A stretch of DNA of 64,000 bases from Gammaproteobacteria bacterium (GTDB lineage: Bacteria; Pseudomonadota; Gammaproteobacteria; Eutrophobiales; Eutrophobiaceae): positions 1,696,001-1,760,000 of the forward strand of contig CBDCDS010000003.1 of assembly GCA_965215365.1 (NCBI GenBank), written 5' to 3'. Positions 42,595 to 54,429 of this stretch are shown here, piece after piece. The notes beneath the pieces were generated by a model. It saw nothing but the letters and a program-made list of their open reading frames with translations, had not been told where the DNA came from and searched no databases. Positions within the stretch are counted from its first letter, which is position 1. Each line of letters starts with the position of its first letter. A program made the position numbers and the translations under genes.

Positions 42595-43693
42595 ATGCCT
42601 GAACTGACCGCCATTATTGCTCAAATCAAAGACTGCCAGGGGAGAATTGACGCCCTGAGGAGGTATCTTTGACTATGAGGATAAGCTCGAACGCCTGCAT
42701 GAGGTGCGCCAGGAACTGGAGCAACCGGATGTCTGGAGCGACCCGGCGCGCGCCCAGGCCCTGGGCAAGGAGCGGGCGCTGCTGGAAAAAACAACAGGAA
42801 CGTTGACGACGCTGGGCCAGGGAGTGAACGACCTGGAGTTATTGCTCGACCTGGCAAAACAGGAAGAGGATGACGAGGCCGTGGCGGAAATTGTTGCCGA
42901 CCTTGACGGCTGCGCCACGCAGATAGCGGAACTGGAATTTCGCCGCATGTTCTCCGGCGAGATGGACCCCAGTAACGCCTTTCTTGAAATTCAGGCTGGT
43001 TCCGGTGGTACCGAGGCCCAGGACTGGGCCGAAATGCTGTTGCGCATGTACCTGCGCTGGGGTGAACGGCGCGGCATCGGTGCCGAGTTGATCGAAGTGT
43101 CCCCCGCGGAGGTTGCCGGCATCAAGAGCGCCACCGTCCGCTACCAGGGCGATTATGCCTATGGCTGGCTGCGTACCGAAACCGGTGTGCATCGGCTGGT
43201 GCGCAAGTCCCCATTCGATTCCGGCAACCGCCGCCATACCTCGTTCGCGTCAGTGTTCGTCTCACCGGAAATCGACGACAATATCGAGGTGGAGGTTGAC
43301 CCGTCCGATCTGCGCGTGGACACTTACCGCGCCAGCGGCGCTGGCGGTCAGCACGTCAACAAGACCGACTCTGCGGTGCGTATGACCCATCTCCCCACCG
43401 GCCTGGTCGTGCAGTGCCAGAACGACCGCTCCCAGCACAAGAACCGCGACCAGGCTCTAAAACAACTGCGCGCCAAACTGTATGAGCTGGAACTGCAAAA
43501 ACGCATGGCGGACCAGAAAGCCCTGGAGGACACCAAGGCCGATATCGGCTGGGGCAGCCAGATCCGCTCCTATGTGCTGGACCAGTCCCGTATCAAGGAC
43601 TTGCGCACCGGCATGGAAACCGGCAACACCCAGTCGGTCCTGGACGGCAATCTGGACCGCTTCTTAGAAGCGAGTCTTAAAGCCGGGGTATAA
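42595..43693 (+). CDS. prfB: Peptide chain release factor 2 (programmed +1 frameshift)
   Basis: ATG 42595, 25 codons to CTT TGA, continuing in the +1 frame; SPF and GGQ motifs. Confidence 0.97.
42658..42673 (+). promoter_or_regulatory. prfB autoregulatory frameshift site
   Basis: AGGAGG TAT CTT TGA C is the canonical SD plus slippery stop cassette. Confidence 0.95.
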
Positions 43694-43695
43694 CA

Positions 43696-45195
43696 ATGCA
43701 ACCCAAAGACGACAATGACATAATCCGCCGGCGCCGGGAGCAGTTGGCAGCCCTGCGCGCGGGCGGCAACGCCTATCCCAATGACTTTCGGCGCGATACT
43801 CTGGCCGCGCAGCTGCATGAGCGTTTCGGCGCCCTGGACCGGGAACAACTGGAGGCGGAAACGGCCACATTCAAACTGGCCGGCAGGATGCTGAACCGCC
43901 GGGTCATGGGCAAGGTTGCATTTGTCCACTTGCGCGACATGTCCGGGCAGATACAGCTGTTTCTGCAGCGCAGCACCCTCTCAGATGAGACCTATACCGC
44001 GTTCAGGCAGTGGGATACGGGTGACATCATCGCGGTGACCGGGCGCGTGTTCAGGACTAAAACCGGTGAGTTATCCATCCACGCCGACAGTCTCAGGCTG
44101 CTGACCAAGTGCTTGCGCCCACTGCCGGAGAAGTTCCACGGTCTGGCCGATCAGGAAACCCGTTATCGTCAGCGCTACCTGGACCTGATCACCAATGAAG
44201 CCACGCGCCGCACGTTCTTGGCGCGCAGTCAGATCATCAACCGGATACGCGCCTACCTGGACGAGCAGGGTTTCCTGGAAGTGGAAACGCCGATGATGCA
44301 GCCCCTCCCCGGTGGCGCCGCGGCGCGGCCATTCAGTACCCACCACAATACCCTGGATATGGAGTTGTACCTGCGCATCGCCCCGGAGTTGTACCTGAAA
44401 CGGCTGGTCGTCGGCGGCTTTGAAAAAGTCTTTGAGATCAACCGCAACTTCCGCAATGAGGGTCTGTCGCCGCAGCACAACCCCGAGTTCACCATGCTGG
44501 AGTTTTACTGGGCCTATGCCGGCTATGAAGACCTGATGGCGCTCACGGAAGACCTGCTGCGCACCTTGGCAACCGCGCTGCATGGGGACACCGTGCTGGA
44601 ATACCAGGGCGAGACCTGTGATTTCACCCGACCGTTCCAACGCCTGACGCTGGCTGAGGCTAATCTGGCCTGCAATCCACACCTCACTGCCGCCGACCTG
44701 GATGATCCGCACAAGCTGCGCGCCGTGCTCACCGAGCTGGGGGTGAAACTGCAACCCGGCTACGGCCTGGGCAAGTTACAGCTGGAACTGTTCGAGAAAA
44801 CCGCGGAGACGCAACTCAGGCAGCCCACCTTCATCACCGCTTACCCGGTGGAGGTGTCGCCGCTGTCCCGCCGCAACGACTCCCAACCGGCGTTCGCCGA
44901 GCGTTTTGAACTGTTCATCTGCGGGCGCGAGATCGCTAACGGTTTCTCTGAGCTGAACGACCCGGAGGACCAGGCCCGGCGCTTTCGCCAACAGGCCGAG
45001 GACCGTGCCGGCGGTGACCCGGAAGCCATGCGTTACGATGCCGACTATGTCACCGCCCTGGAATACGGCCTGCCGCCCACAGCCGGCGAGGGCATAGGTA
45101 TAGATCGCCTGGTCATGCTGCTCACCGATGCTCCCGCGATTCGCGATGTGATACTGTTTCCGCAACTGCGTACAAAGGCATCAGCGCGCCGCTGA
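43696..45195 (+). CDS. lysS: Lysine-tRNA ligase (class II)
   Basis: [50 protein letters not shown]. Confidence 0.98.
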   Translation: MQPKDDNDIIRRRREQLAALRAGGNAYPNDFRRDTLAAQLHERFGALDREQLEAETATFKLAGRMLNRRVMGKVAFVHLRDMSGQIQLFLQRSTLSDETYTAFRQWDTGDIIAVTGRVFRTKTGELSIHADSLRLLTKCLRPLPEKFHGLADQETRYRQRYLDLITNEATRRTFLARSQIINRIRAYLDEQGFLEVETPMMQPLPGGAAARPFSTHHNTLDMELYLRIAPELYLKRLVVGGFEKVFEINRNFRNEGLSPQHNPEFTMLEFYWAYAGYEDLMALTEDLLRTLATALHGDTVLEYQGETCDFTRPFQRLTLAEANLACNPHLTAADLDDPHKLRAVLTELGVKLQPGYGLGKLQLELFEKTAETQLRQPTFITAYPVEVSPLSRRNDSQPAFAERFELFICGREIANGFSELNDPEDQARRFRQQAEDRAGGDPEAMRYDADYVTALEYGLPPTAGEGIGIDRLVMLLTDAPAIRDVILFPQLRTKASARR

Positions 45196-45257
45196 GGAGA
45201 AACTTTTCTGTACCGGCGGCGCCGATATGTATTATACTTGGCAGGCAGTCAGTCAAA

Positions 45258-45300
45258 GGCGCCATCTGAAAATGTCACGGAGGGCATTTTCAGAGGCCCC
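45258..45300. repeat. Stand-alone hairpin H variant of the multi-hairpin MITE
   Basis: ggcgccatctgaaaatgtcacggagggcattttcagaggcccc. Confidence 0.7.
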
Positions 45301-45361
45301 TTTAACTAACGGCCTGAAGACGATTCATTCATGTTAACTGTGTAATCAGGAGGTATTCCAG

Positions 45362-45748
45362 ATGTCTAAAGAGACTACTTTGAAGCCCATAGCAGCAGCA
45401 TTGGGCACCACTTTTGCGGTGTCACTGACACTCAGCCCCATCACCATCGCCGCGGACAACCCGTTCGAGATGACCGAGTTGAGCCAGGGGGGGTATATGC
45501 TGGCCGGCGAACATGGAGATGGCGAGGGCAAGTGTGGCGAAGGCAAGTGCGGTGAGGGCGAGAAAGATGGTGAGGGCGAGAAGGACGGCGAGGGCAAGTG
45601 CGGTGAAGACAAAAAGGATGCCGAAGGCAAATGCGGTGAAGGAAAATGCGGTAAAGGCGAGAAGGACGGCGAGGGCAAGTGCGGTGAAGACAAAAAGGAT
45701 GCCGAAGGCAAATGCGGTGAAGGAAAATGCGGTGAAGGCGACGCCTGA
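45362..45748 (+). CDS. HvfA-like RiPP precursor (signal peptide plus eight EGKCG repeats)
   Basis: Sec-type leader (..LTLSPITIAA|DNPF), eight EGKCG motifs and an 81-bp tandem duplication (45575/45656); lies upstream of the DUF692 and DUF2063 genes. Confidence 0.9.
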   Translation: MSKETTLKPIAAALGTTFAVSLTLSPITIAADNPFEMTELSQGGYMLAGEHGDGEGKCGEGKCGEGEKDGEGEKDGEGKCGEDKKDAEGKCGEGKCGKGEKDGEGKCGEDKKDAEGKCGEGKCGEGDA

Positions 45749-45827
45749 TACGGCGCTGACCCTGATACCGCACCGGAAGCTGCCAGTCCGCTGCGCTCCG
45801 GGCTTTGCTCCGGACTGACAGCCGGTC

Positions 45828-46697
45828 ATGTCCGCAACCTATCCGGTACAGGGTGCTGGTCTGGGTCTGCGACGAGCTTTTATCGGTTCGCTCGCAGACT
45901 CGGCCGCTTATCTGTCAGGGATAAACTTTATGGAAGTGGCGCCCGAGAACTGGATCGATGTGGGCGGGCGCTTCGGGCGGCGTTTCCGGCAAATCGCCGA
46001 ACAGGTCCCAATGGTATGCCACGGCCTGTCGTTGAATCTCGGCGGTCCGGCGCCTCTGGATGAGGCATTTCTTCGTAAAGTCAGACAGTTTTTAGATACA
46101 TTTAATGTTCGCTGTTACAGCGAACATTTGAGCTATTGCGCCGACGACGGCCACCTCTACGACCTGATGCCAATCCCGTTTACGGCCGAGGCGGTGCGTT
46201 ATACCGCAGCGAGGATTCGGCGTGTGCAGGATATTGTCGGGCGGCGTCTGGCCATTGAAAACGTGTCCTACTATGCTGCGCCCGGCCAGGAACTGACGGA
46301 ACTGGAGTTCCTCAACAATGTACTGGTTGAGGCCGATTGCGACCTGTTGCTGGATGTCAACAATATCTATGTCAACAGCATCAACCATCGTTATGACGCC
46401 GAGTCCTGGCTGCAGTCGTTGCCGGCGGCGCGTATTGCCTATGCCCACATCGCCGGCCATTACGTGGAGGCTGAAGATCTGCGGGTGGATACTCACGGCG
46501 CCGACGTGATCGACCCGGTCTGGCGTCTGCTGGAGACGGCTTACGATCATTTCGGTGTTTTTCCCACCTTGCTGGAGCGGGATTTCAATATTCCGCCGCT
46601 GGCTACGCTGGTACAGGAAGTTGACAAAATTCGGCAGCTGCAGTCTGAACGGGATTTCGCCTGGCGCGCCACCCCCCGTTCGTCATTCCGGGCTTGA
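45828..46697 (+). CDS. DUF692/MNIO multinuclear iron RiPP-modifying enzyme (HvfB-like)
   Basis: GLGLRR, EVAPENW, HGLSL, YSEHLS, IENVSYY, LLLDVNN.YVN, HIAGH, DTHG, LLERD. Confidence 0.93.
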   Translation: MSATYPVQGAGLGLRRAFIGSLADSAAYLSGINFMEVAPENWIDVGGRFGRRFRQIAEQVPMVCHGLSLNLGGPAPLDEAFLRKVRQFLDTFNVRCYSEHLSYCADDGHLYDLMPIPFTAEAVRYTAARIRRVQDIVGRRLAIENVSYYAAPGQELTELEFLNNVLVEADCDLLLDVNNIYVNSINHRYDAESWLQSLPAARIAYAHIAGHYVEAEDLRVDTHGADVIDPVWRLLETAYDHFGVFPTLLERDFNIPPLATLVQEVDKIRQLQSERDFAWRATPRSSFRA

Positions 46698-46710
46698 CCC
46701 GGAATCCAGT
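46681..46710. repeat. GTCATTCCGG..CCGGAATCCAG palindromic repeat at the hvfB/hvfC junction
   Basis: cgtcattccgggcttgacccggaatccagt; a degenerate relative lies at 18144-18190. Confidence 0.65.
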
Positions 46711-47506
46711 GAAAGAACCCTCCTTTCAGGATATCCAGTACCGGTTCACCCGGCATATTCGTGACCCGCAACGGGTGTCGGCACCGCAGGACATTGAGGA
46801 GCGGCGCATGGGCATCTATCGGGATTTGCTGTATCGCAATGTGGAGAGCTTCCTGGCGGGCAGTTTTCCGGTATTGCGTAAAACACTCAAGGATACCGAC
46901 TGGCATGAGCTGATACGGGATTATTTCAGGAGCCACCGGGCGCGCACGCCGTTATTTCCGAAAATGCCGCAGGAGTTTTTGCAATACCTGCAGAACGAAA
47001 ATGCAGCCACCGCGAAACTGTACCCGTTCCTGACGGAACTGGCCCACTATGAGTGGGTGGAACTGGCGTTATCCCTGGACGTCAGGGAGATACCGGAGCA
47101 AGGTATCGACCCGGCCGGTGAGCTGCTCTCAGGCCGGCCGGTTCTGAACGAGCTGTCCTGGTCGCTGGCGTATCACTATCCGGTGCATCGTATCGGCCCT
47201 GATTACCGGCCCGGGGAAAAGCCTGCACAACCCACCTGCCTGTTCGTTTACCGGGACCGCCAGGATAAGATCAGGTTTATCGAACTGAACTCTTTGGCCG
47301 CGCGTCTGGTCGATTGTTTGAAAGAGAATAAGGATAACAAGAGTGGTCGCGAGCTGCTCACGGACATAGCGGATGAGAGCGCACACCCGGAGCCGGAAGT
47401 TGTCGTCAGGGGAGGGAGTGCGCTACTGGAAGATATGCGCGCCAAACAAATCATCCTGGGGGTTGTGAAACATTACGCATCCGCAACCTTAGCGCATTCA
47501 ATTTGA
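46709..47506 (+). CDS. DUF2063 RiPP partner protein (HvfC-like)
   Basis: Q..F..HIRDP...RRM.IYR.L...N...FL...[21 protein letters not shown]. Confidence 0.9.
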   Translation: MKEPSFQDIQYRFTRHIRDPQRVSAPQDIEERRMGIYRDLLYRNVESFLAGSFPVLRKTLKDTDWHELIRDYFRSHRARTPLFPKMPQEFLQYLQNENAATAKLYPFLTELAHYEWVELALSLDVREIPEQGIDPAGELLSGRPVLNELSWSLAYHYPVHRIGPDYRPGEKPAQPTCLFVYRDRQDKIRFIELNSLAARLVDCLKENKDNKSGRELLTDIADESAHPEPEVVVRGGSALLEDMRAKQIILGVVKHYASATLAHSI

Positions 47507-48674
47507 TAAAACCTGCCGCGTCCTGCTGGTCGTAGCTGCCGGCATCGCTCTCAAAGGTGGCGATATCAGCGTTGAACAGGCTGTCGGTGTCGGATTTGCG
47601 GCCGCAGACGATGACGTTGCCTTTATACAGCTTCAGGCGCACGCGGCCGGTTACCGTAGTCTGGGTAGCGTCAATCAGCTGTTGCAGGGCCAGACGTTCC
47701 GGGCTCCACCAGTAGCCGTTGTAGATCAGTCTGGCATAGCGCGGCATCAGATCGTCTTTCAGGTGTGCCAGTTCCCGGTCTAGGGTGATGGATTCCATGG
47801 CGCGGTGGGCCTTCAGCAGTATCGTCCCGCCCGGGGTTTCGTAGCAACCGCGCGATTTCATGCCGACGTAGCGGTTCTCAACAATATCGGCGCGGCCGAT
47901 ACCATGCCGACCGCCGGTTTCGTTCAGCGCTTGCAGTAATTGCGCCGGCGCCAGGGCGACGCCGTTCAGGGCGCAGGCATCGCCGTTGCTGAAATCCAGT
48001 TCGATGAGCTCCGGCGCGTCGGGAGCCTGCTCCGGGGCCACGCTGCGGCGCCATACCGACTCGGCCGGCGGCTGCCAGGGATCTTCCAGCTCCCCACCCT
48101 CGTAGGAAATATGCAGCAGGTTGGCATCCATGGAGTAGGGTGAGCCGCCGGCCCGTTTGGCCTCAATGGGGATGTCATGTCGTTCCGCATAGGCCAGCAG
48201 CTTTTGCCGCGAATCCAGGTCCCACTCGCGCCAGGGCGCGATCACCCTGATATCCGGTTGCAGCGCGTACGCGCCCAGTTCCAGCCGTACCTGATCGTTG
48301 CCCTTGCCGGTGGCGCCGTGCGCGATGGCCTCCGCGCCCGTTGCCGCAGCCAGCTCCACCAGGCGCTTGGCCACCAGCGGCCGGGCGATGGAGGTGCCCA
48401 GCAGGTACTCACCCTCATACAAGGTATTGGCCCGGAACATGGGAAATACGAAGTCCCGCACAAACTCTTGCGTCAGGTCTTCGATGAATATTTCTGTCAC
48501 TCCCAGGTTCTCCGCCTTGGCCCGCGCCTGCTCAACCTCCTCGCCCTGACCGATATCGGCAGTGAAAGTCACCACCTCGCATTGGTAGGTGTCTTGCAGC
48601 CATTTCAGGATGACAGACGTATCCAGCCCGCCGGAATAGGCGAGCACGACTTTGTTGACCGGAGTCTTTACCAT
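47451..48674 (-). CDS. argG: Argininosuccinate synthase
   Basis: [61 protein letters not shown]. Confidence 0.98.
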   Translation of the reverse strand: MVKTPVNKVVLAYSGGLDTSVILKWLQDTYQCEVVTFTADIGQGEEVEQARAKAENLGVTEIFIEDLTQEFVRDFVFPMFRANTLYEGEYLLGTSIARPLVAKRLVELAAATGAEAIAHGATGKGNDQVRLELGAYALQPDIRVIAPWREWDLDSRQKLLAYAERHDIPIEAKRAGGSPYSMDANLLHISYEGGELEDPWQPPAESVWRRSVAPEQAPDAPELIELDFSNGDACALNGVALAPAQLLQALNETGGRHGIGRADIVENRYVGMKSRGCYETPGGTILLKAHRAMESITLDRELAHLKDDLMPRYARLIYNGYWWSPERLALQQLIDATQTTVTGRVRLKLYKGNVIVCGRKSDTDSLFNADIATFESDAGSYDQQDAAGFIKLNALRLRMRNVSQPPG

Positions 48675-48760
48675 TATGTGTTGGTGTGTTAGTCTGGAAC
48701 CTGTTTCAGCGAACAGATGCAAATCTGCTTGGGAATTATATCATCACACCGGTAAAGCGC

Positions 48761-48973
48761 ATGGCTACAATGATCTCCGAAGTATATGAAGCGTTCCGCT
48801 CAGCGGGTATCCCTGATGAGCGCGCGCGCGCGGCTGCCGAGGCCCTGTCATCAGAAAATGTAGCAACCAAGCGTGATATAAACGAACTCAAGGCTACACA
48901 GAAACTGCACAGCTGGATGATCGGTTTCAACCTGGCAATCACCATGGCCATTTTCTGGAAACTTTTCAGCTGA
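48761..48973 (+). CDS. Small coiled-coil protein with a C-terminal TM anchor (DUF1640/CCDC90-like)
   Basis: EVYEAFRSAGIPDERARAAAEAL..VATKRDI...WMIGFNLAITMAIFWKLF. Confidence 0.7.
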   Translation: MATMISEVYEAFRSAGIPDERARAAAEALSSENVATKRDINELKATQKLHSWMIGFNLAITMAIFWKLFS

Positions 48974-48979
48974 TTCCGA

Positions 48980-50377
48980 TCAGAGTAGTATATCTCTAAT
49001 ATCCGTCAGTATCTCCCCCAGCGCCCGGGTAAATTGCGCCGCGGCAACGCCGTCGATGACGCGGTGATCATAAGACAGGGAGTAGGGCAGGATGAGTCGG
49101 GGTTCGAGCTTGCCGGCCTGATAGACCGGCTTGAGCGTGGCCCTGGCAACGCCCAGTATGGCTACTTCCGGGCAGTTGATGATGGGCGTGAAACCGACTC
49201 CGCCAATATGCCCTAAGCTGCTGATGGTGAAACACCCGCCCTCCATGTCGGCGGGCCGCAGTTTCTTGTCCCGCGCCTTTTGCGCCAGCGCGCTCAGCTC
49301 CGCCGCCAGGTCGAATACGCCCTTGAGATTGGCATCCTGCACTACCGGCACCAGCAGCCCCTGGTCGGTGTTCACCGCTACGCCGATATGAAAATAGTGT
49401 TTCAGGATCAAGTCCTTGCCGTCCGGACTTAGGGAAGCATTGAACTCCGGGAACTTTTTCAGGGCCACCACCACGGCCTTGACCAGGAAGCTGAGCAGGG
49501 TGAGCTTGACGCCACGCTGGTCAGCCTCGGTTTTTTTCGACAGGCGGAAGGCTTCCAGTTCGGTAATGTCGGTCTCGTCAAATTGCGTCACGTGGGGCAC
49601 ATTGACCCAGTTGCGATGCAGGTTCTGGCCGCCCAGCCGTTTCAGACGCACCAGAGGTTGAGTCTGCACCGGGCCGAATTTGGAAAAGTCCACCGGTGGG
49701 AGGTCTTGCAGCACCGGGCGTTCGAACACGCCGGCACCGGTCATAACCGATTGGGTGAACGCAGTCACATCTTCCTTGAGGATACGACCTTGTTTGCCGC
49801 GCCCCTTGACCAGACCCAGGTCCACGCCCAGCTCCCGGGCAAACTTGCGTACGCCCGGGCTGGCGTGGGCCTGGGCAGAGGCGCTGGAACCTGCGGTGCG
49901 GGCGCCGGCGGGGGTATTCGGTGCAGGTTTCTGTCCGGGACCCAGAACCGGTGGGGGTGGCTGCGGCGCAGTCGCGGTCGGTTTTTCTGCAAGGGGGGCG
50001 GGCGTGGCCGCTGTTGGCTTGGCTGGCGTGACCGGCTTCGGTGCGGTCATCGTATCGGGGGCAGCTGGCTCAGAGGTTTCAGTCGCCTCATCCGGTTCAG
50101 CCGCTTCGGGCGGCGTTGCAACTGCTGCTTCAGCCTGTTCCAGTTTGAGTATCGGGCTTCCTGCGGAGACACTGTCCCCGACCCTGACCATGAGCTCCAC
50201 CACCGTGCCGGCGGCCGGTGCCGGGATGTCCATGGTGGCCTTGTCCGACTCCAGGGTGAGCAAGGTGTCTTCAGGTTTTACCGTATCGCCCGGCTGAACG
50301 GCTATCTCAATGATCTCGACTGTATCGAAGTCACCGATATTTGGAATGACAATGTCACGGGTCGGCATCATGATCAT
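48980..50377 (-). CDS. aceF: Pyruvate dehydrogenase E2 (single lipoyl domain)
   Basis: LESDKATM lipoyl site, [26 protein letters not shown]. Confidence 0.96.
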   Translation of the reverse strand: MIMMPTRDIVIPNIGDFDTVEIIEIAVQPGDTVKPEDTLLTLESDKATMDIPAPAAGTVVELMVRVGDSVSAGSPILKLEQAEAAVATPPEAAEPDEATETSEPAAPDTMTAPKPVTPAKPTAATPAPLAEKPTATAPQPPPPVLGPGQKPAPNTPAGARTAGSSASAQAHASPGVRKFARELGVDLGLVKGRGKQGRILKEDVTAFTQSVMTGAGVFERPVLQDLPPVDFSKFGPVQTQPLVRLKRLGGQNLHRNWVNVPHVTQFDETDITELEAFRLSKKTEADQRGVKLTLLSFLVKAVVVALKKFPEFNASLSPDGKDLILKHYFHIGVAVNTDQGLLVPVVQDANLKGVFDLAAELSALAQKARDKKLRPADMEGGCFTISSLGHIGGVGFTPIINCPEVAILGVARATLKPVYQAGKLEPRLILPYSLSYDHRVIDGVAAAQFTRALGEILTDIRDILL

Positions 50378-53031
50378 ACCTTCACGGGGTCAGGTTTTTC
50401 CGGGTCAAGGTGATACTTGTTCATGGCCTCGGCCACTTTATCGGCGGAGATTTTACCATCGTCGGCCAGCGCCTTCAGGGCCGCGAGGGCAACATAATAC
50501 CGGTCCACTTCAAAAAACTTTCTCAGCCCGGCGCGAGTGTCGCTCCTGCCGTAGCCATCCGTACCCAACACCAGATACGGTGCCGGCACGTGGCTGCGAA
50601 TCTGGTCGGCGTACAGTTTCATGTAATCTGTGGCGGCGACTACCGGGCCGGCGCGGTCTTGCAGGCAGCGCCGCACATAGCTTTTCTTAGCGTCCTGTTG
50701 CGGGTGCAGCAGGTTCCAGCGCTCCACCTCCAGACAATCCCGGCGCAGTTCGTTAAAGCTGGTCACGCTCCAGACATCGGCGGCCACGTCAAAGTCGGCG
50801 CGCAGCAGCTCCGCCGCGCCCAGCACTTCGCGCAGGATTGCGCCCGAACCCAACAACTGTACCCGCAGGGTGCTATCGTCACCCTCGTGCAGCAGATACA
50901 TGCCTTTCAAGATCCCCTCCGTGGCATTATCCGGCAACGGCGGGTGCGTGTAGTTCTCATTCATCACGGTGATGTAGTAATACACATCCTCGTCCAGTTC
51001 ATACATGCGCCGTAACCCGTCATGGATGATCACGGCCAGCTCAAAGGCGTAAGTCGGGTCGTAAGAGATGCAGTTGGGAATAGTGGCAGCCAGCAGGTGG
51101 CTGTGGCCGTCCTGGTGTTGCAGCCCTTCCCCGGCCAGGGTCGTCCTGCCGGCGGTGCCGCCGAGGAGGAAGCCGCGCGAACGCAGATCGCCGGCTGCCC
51201 AGGCCAGATCGCCGATGCGCTGGAAACCGAACATGGAATAGAAAATGTAAAACGGTATCATTCGCACCCGGTGGTGTTTATAGGCCGTGGCCGCCGCAAT
51301 CCAGGATGAAAAGGCACCGGCTTCGGTAATGCCTTCCTGCAGGATCTGACCTTTTTGATCCTCCCGGTAATACATGACGTGGTCAATATCCACCGGCTCG
51401 TACAGCTGTCCCACCGAGGAGTAGATGCCAAGTTGCCTGAACATGCCTTCCATGCCAAAAGTGCGGGCTTCATCCGGCACAATGGGGACGATGTGCTTGC
51501 CCAGCTGGTCGTCTTTGGTCAAGGTATTGAGAATGCGTACAAAGGCCATGGTGGTGGATATTTCCCGTGTGCCAGTGCCCGCCAGCAGTTTCTCATGGAT
51601 ACCCAGGTCCGGCACCGACAGCCGCGGCGCCTCGGGCCATGGCTGTAACAGGAACCCACCGAGCTGGTCCCGTTGTGTGCGCATGTACTTTATTTCCGGG
51701 CTGTCGTCAGGTGGCTTGTAGAACGCGGCATTGGCAACGTCTGCATCGGACACCGGTATGTTGAAGCGCTGGCGGAAGGCTTTCAGTGCCTCCTCGCCCA
51801 TTTTCTTTTGCTGATGGGTAATATTCTGGCCCTCGCCGGCCTCGCCCATGCCGTAACCCTTGACGGTCTTGGCCAGGATCACCGTAGGTTGCCCCTTATG
51901 CTTAACCGCCGCGGCGTAGGCGGCATAGACCTTGTGCGGGTCATGGCCGCCGCGATTCAGGCGCCAGATATCCTCATCGGACATGTTCGCCACCAGTGCC
52001 TTGAGTTCCGGGTGTTTGCCGAAAAATTTTTCTCTCACGTAGGCGCCGCTGTTGGCCTTGTAAGCCTGGTATTCACCGTCCACCGTTTGTTCCATCACCT
52101 CGAGCAGCTTGCCGTCGGTGTCCCGGGCGATCAACGGGTCCCAATAAGACCCCCAGATAACTTTGATCACGTTCCAGCCGGCACCGCGAAATTCCGCCTC
52201 CAGCTCCTGGATGATTTTGCCGTTGCCGCGCACCGGTCCGTCCAGGCGTTGCAGGTTGCAGTTGACGACGAAGATCAGGTTATCAAGCCGCTCGCGAGCG
52301 GCCAGACCAATCGAGCCCAGCGCTTCCGGTTCGTCCATTTCCCCGTCCCCCATAAACGCCCATACCTTGCGGTCGCTGGGGGGAATCAGTTCCCGGTGTT
52401 CCAGGTAACGCATGAAGCGGGCCTGGTAAATGGCCATAAGCGAACCTAAGCCCATGGATACGGTAGGGAACTGCCAGAAATCCGGCATCAGCCAGGGATG
52501 CGGATAAGAGGACAGCCCGTCACTGTCAACCTCCTGGCGAAACTTACCAAGCTGCGCTTCGCTCAAGCGGCCATAGAGGAAGGCGCGCGCATAGACACCC
52601 GGCGCCGAGTGTCCCTGAATGAATATCAAGTCACCGTCCTGTTGCGCTGTGGCGGCGCGAAAAAAATGGTTAAAGCCCACATCATAAAGGGTTGCCGAGG
52701 AAGCAAAACTGGCGATGTGGCCGCCCAGTTCAGCACTGAAGCGGTTGGCCCTGACCACCATTGCCAGCGCGTTCCAGCGTATCAGTGAACGGATGCGCCA
52801 TTCCATGCCGGGGTCGCCCGGTGCCCGCGCTTCCCGGGCTGGCGGTATGGTGTTCAGGTAGGCGGTATTGGCCGAGTAGGGCAGGTAAGCGCCGGATTTC
52901 CGGGCCCGGGCAATCAGTTGTTCCAGCAGGTAATGGGCGCGCTCCACGCCTTCCTGGGCCATGACCGAATCCAGCGCTTCAAGCCATTCCCGGGTTTCCT
53001 GCGGATCGATGTCTGGTAGTTTGTTTTGCAT
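50374..53031 (-). CDS. aceE: Pyruvate dehydrogenase E1 (homodimeric)
   Basis: [44 protein letters not shown]. Confidence 0.98.
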   Translation of the reverse strand: MQNKLPDIDPQETREWLEALDSVMAQEGVERAHYLLEQLIARARKSGAYLPYSANTAYLNTIPPAREARAPGDPGMEWRIRSLIRWNALAMVVRANRFSAELGGHIASFASSATLYDVGFNHFFRAATAQQDGDLIFIQGHSAPGVYARAFLYGRLSEAQLGKFRQEVDSDGLSSYPHPWLMPDFWQFPTVSMGLGSLMAIYQARFMRYLEHRELIPPSDRKVWAFMGDGEMDEPEALGSIGLAARERLDNLIFVVNCNLQRLDGPVRGNGKIIQELEAEFRGAGWNVIKVIWGSYWDPLIARDTDGKLLEVMEQTVDGEYQAYKANSGAYVREKFFGKHPELKALVANMSDEDIWRLNRGGHDPHKVYAAYAAAVKHKGQPTVILAKTVKGYGMGEAGEGQNITHQQKKMGEEALKAFRQRFNIPVSDADVANAAFYKPPDDSPEIKYMRTQRDQLGGFLLQPWPEAPRLSVPDLGIHEKLLAGTGTREISTTMAFVRILNTLTKDDQLGKHIVPIVPDEARTFGMEGMFRQLGIYSSVGQLYEPVDIDHVMYYREDQKGQILQEGITEAGAFSSWIAAATAYKHHRVRMIPFYIFYSMFGFQRIGDLAWAAGDLRSRGFLLGGTAGRTTLAGEGLQHQDGHSHLLAATIPNCISYDPTYAFELAVIIHDGLRRMYELDEDVYYYITVMNENYTHPPLPDNATEGILKGMYLLHEGDDSTLRVQLLGSGAILREVLGAAELLRADFDVAADVWSVTSFNELRRDCLEVERWNLLHPQQDAKKSYVRRCLQDRAGPVVAATDYMKLYADQIRSHVPAPYLVLGTDGYGRSDTRAGLRKFFEVDRYYVALAALKALADDGKISADKVAEAMNKYHLDPEKPDPVKV

Positions 53032-53076
53032 GGGTGCGTTGCCGTAGCAGATAGATTATACCCGTATCGGGCGCAG

Positions 53077-53115
53077 AAAAAAATACCGCCACCAGCGGGG
53101 AGCACCGGTGGCGGT
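53077..53115 (-). terminator. Intrinsic terminator downstream of the small secreted protein gene
   Basis: accgccacc/ggtggcggt stem followed by T7 on the minus strand. Confidence 0.65.
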
Positions 53116-53212
53116 CAAAAGTGGGAGCCAGGATGCTCCCGAGGGATAGCAAAGAAGAACCTGTTCCGGAGTCGGTATCAAGCATGTACCTGATGACCTG
53201 TCAAACCAGGGT

Positions 53213-53509
53213 TTAGTTCAATGTCCCCACGCGATACAAATACCTGCCCGTGGGGTTGCGCTCAGCGACCGGCAGGCCAAGACTGCGGGCGCCGGCGGCA
53301 TTATCCGGCGCTGCCTCAGTCGGAGTAATGGCCGCATCCTCATACAGACGCCGCACGTTTTCTTCCAGTTCCTCGAAAATCTGCGTGTGCATGGCGTTAT
53401 CTAGGTAGCTGTCGAGCTCACTCGCGTGATTTTCGACACCGGTCAGGATCAACAAACCTGCAATCAAGGCAACAGCAGCAGTTTTTCTGGTAACAATACT
53501 CATGGTCAC
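53213..53509 (-). CDS. Small secreted hypothetical protein
   Basis: Signal-peptide-like N-terminus (RKTAAVALIAGLLILTGVENHA|SE); AAGGAG RBS. Confidence 0.65.
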   Translation of the reverse strand: MTMSIVTRKTAAVALIAGLLILTGVENHASELDSYLDNAMHTQIFEELEENVRRLYEDAAITPTEAAPDNAAGARSLGLPVAERNPTGRYLYRVGTLN

Positions 53510-53525
53510 TCTCCTTTTATATGTA

Positions 53526-53668
53526 AGTTATCTAACTAAATATGGGCAAAAAATAAAGTTTCAAGGGCGTTGAGTAAACCTGGGCGACGGCCAGAAAATA
53601 CTGCGATAACCTGAAGTGCCCTGAATCTTTAATATTATGTTAATAATGCTCATTTAAGTTAAATAACT
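53526..53668. promoter_or_regulatory. Two palindromic AGTTAnnTAACT sites (candidate TetR operators)
   Basis: agttatctaact 53526-53537 and agttaaataact 53657-53668; weaker agtttgttagct 54303-54314 just upstream of the TetR gene. Confidence 0.55.
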
Positions 53669-53700
53669 AACTAAAAATTAATTCAAAAAAAGTTTGTCTT

Positions 53701-54294
53701 CTATACGGCAGCCCGCGCCTGCATCAGGGAGGCCGGAACCTGTTTCTCTATCCACCCGACTACCGCTTTGAGCTGACGTTTCAGCTGCCCGGGGTCATGC
53801 AAAATATTCCCCAGCAATATGATGCCTTGCACGCGTGACACAAATTCAAACCCCAATTCCTCCGCCCGTTCCAGTCCCATGAGGCGAAACTGCTCGGTTG
53901 ACCAGTCCATAAGATATTTCATGCAACTGTCCGCGCTTTCCATAAGTTCCGGGCATTCCTCACTGAGCTCCTGGCAGAGACCACTCAGCGGGCACCCCGC
54001 TTCGGCAAGCTCCCTGCTGTGGCCAATCATCACCTTGAGCAGGTTCATCAGGGCCTCCTTTGGCTCATTGCGCCGGCAACAATTTTTCAAAGTGTGTGAC
54101 AATGACTGCTTGCGCTCCGTTACCACTGCCTTGCAAATATCCTCCTTGGTTTTGAAATAGTAATACACGTTACCCAACGGCACTTTGGCCTCTTCGGCGA
54201 TATGGGCTAGGGTAGTACGATAAAACCCCTGCCGATGAATCAAGGCGTCGGCAGCGCTTATCAAACGTTCACGTTTATCACTTAATCTAGGCAT
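53701..54294 (-). CDS. TetR/AcrR family transcriptional regulator
   Basis: KRERLI.AA..LI..QGF..TTLA.IA..A.VPLGNVYYYFKTKEDI; GCP motif in the C-domain. Confidence 0.93.
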   Translation of the reverse strand: MPRLSDKRERLISAADALIHRQGFYRTTLAHIAEEAKVPLGNVYYYFKTKEDICKAVVTERKQSLSHTLKNCCRRNEPKEALMNLLKVMIGHSRELAEAGCPLSGLCQELSEECPELMESADSCMKYLMDWSTEQFRLMGLERAEELGFEFVSRVQGIILLGNILHDPGQLKRQLKAVVGWIEKQVPASLMQARAAV

Positions 54295-54429
54295 AAACAG
54301 TAAGTTTGTTAGCTCAATGACTAACTATTATATGAGAAAATTCTGGAATGTCAAGTGTTTTTTGAAAAAAATCTTGTCCGGGTTCAGAAACAAGTGGGAC
54401 TCGAATAGATAAAGAAATCGGGTAGGTAA

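Noticed and set aside
42595-42710. Apparent frameshift or pseudogene at the start of prfB
   Set aside because: It is the canonical programmed +1 frameshift.
45530-45740. Repeats in the EGKCG gene as a CRISPR array or non-coding repeat
   Set aside because: They are coding repeats of the RiPP precursor.
47451-47506. Convergent overlap of argG and the hvfC-like 3' ends
   Set aside because: A short tail-to-tail overlap is most simply explained by stop-codon drift; no further signal.
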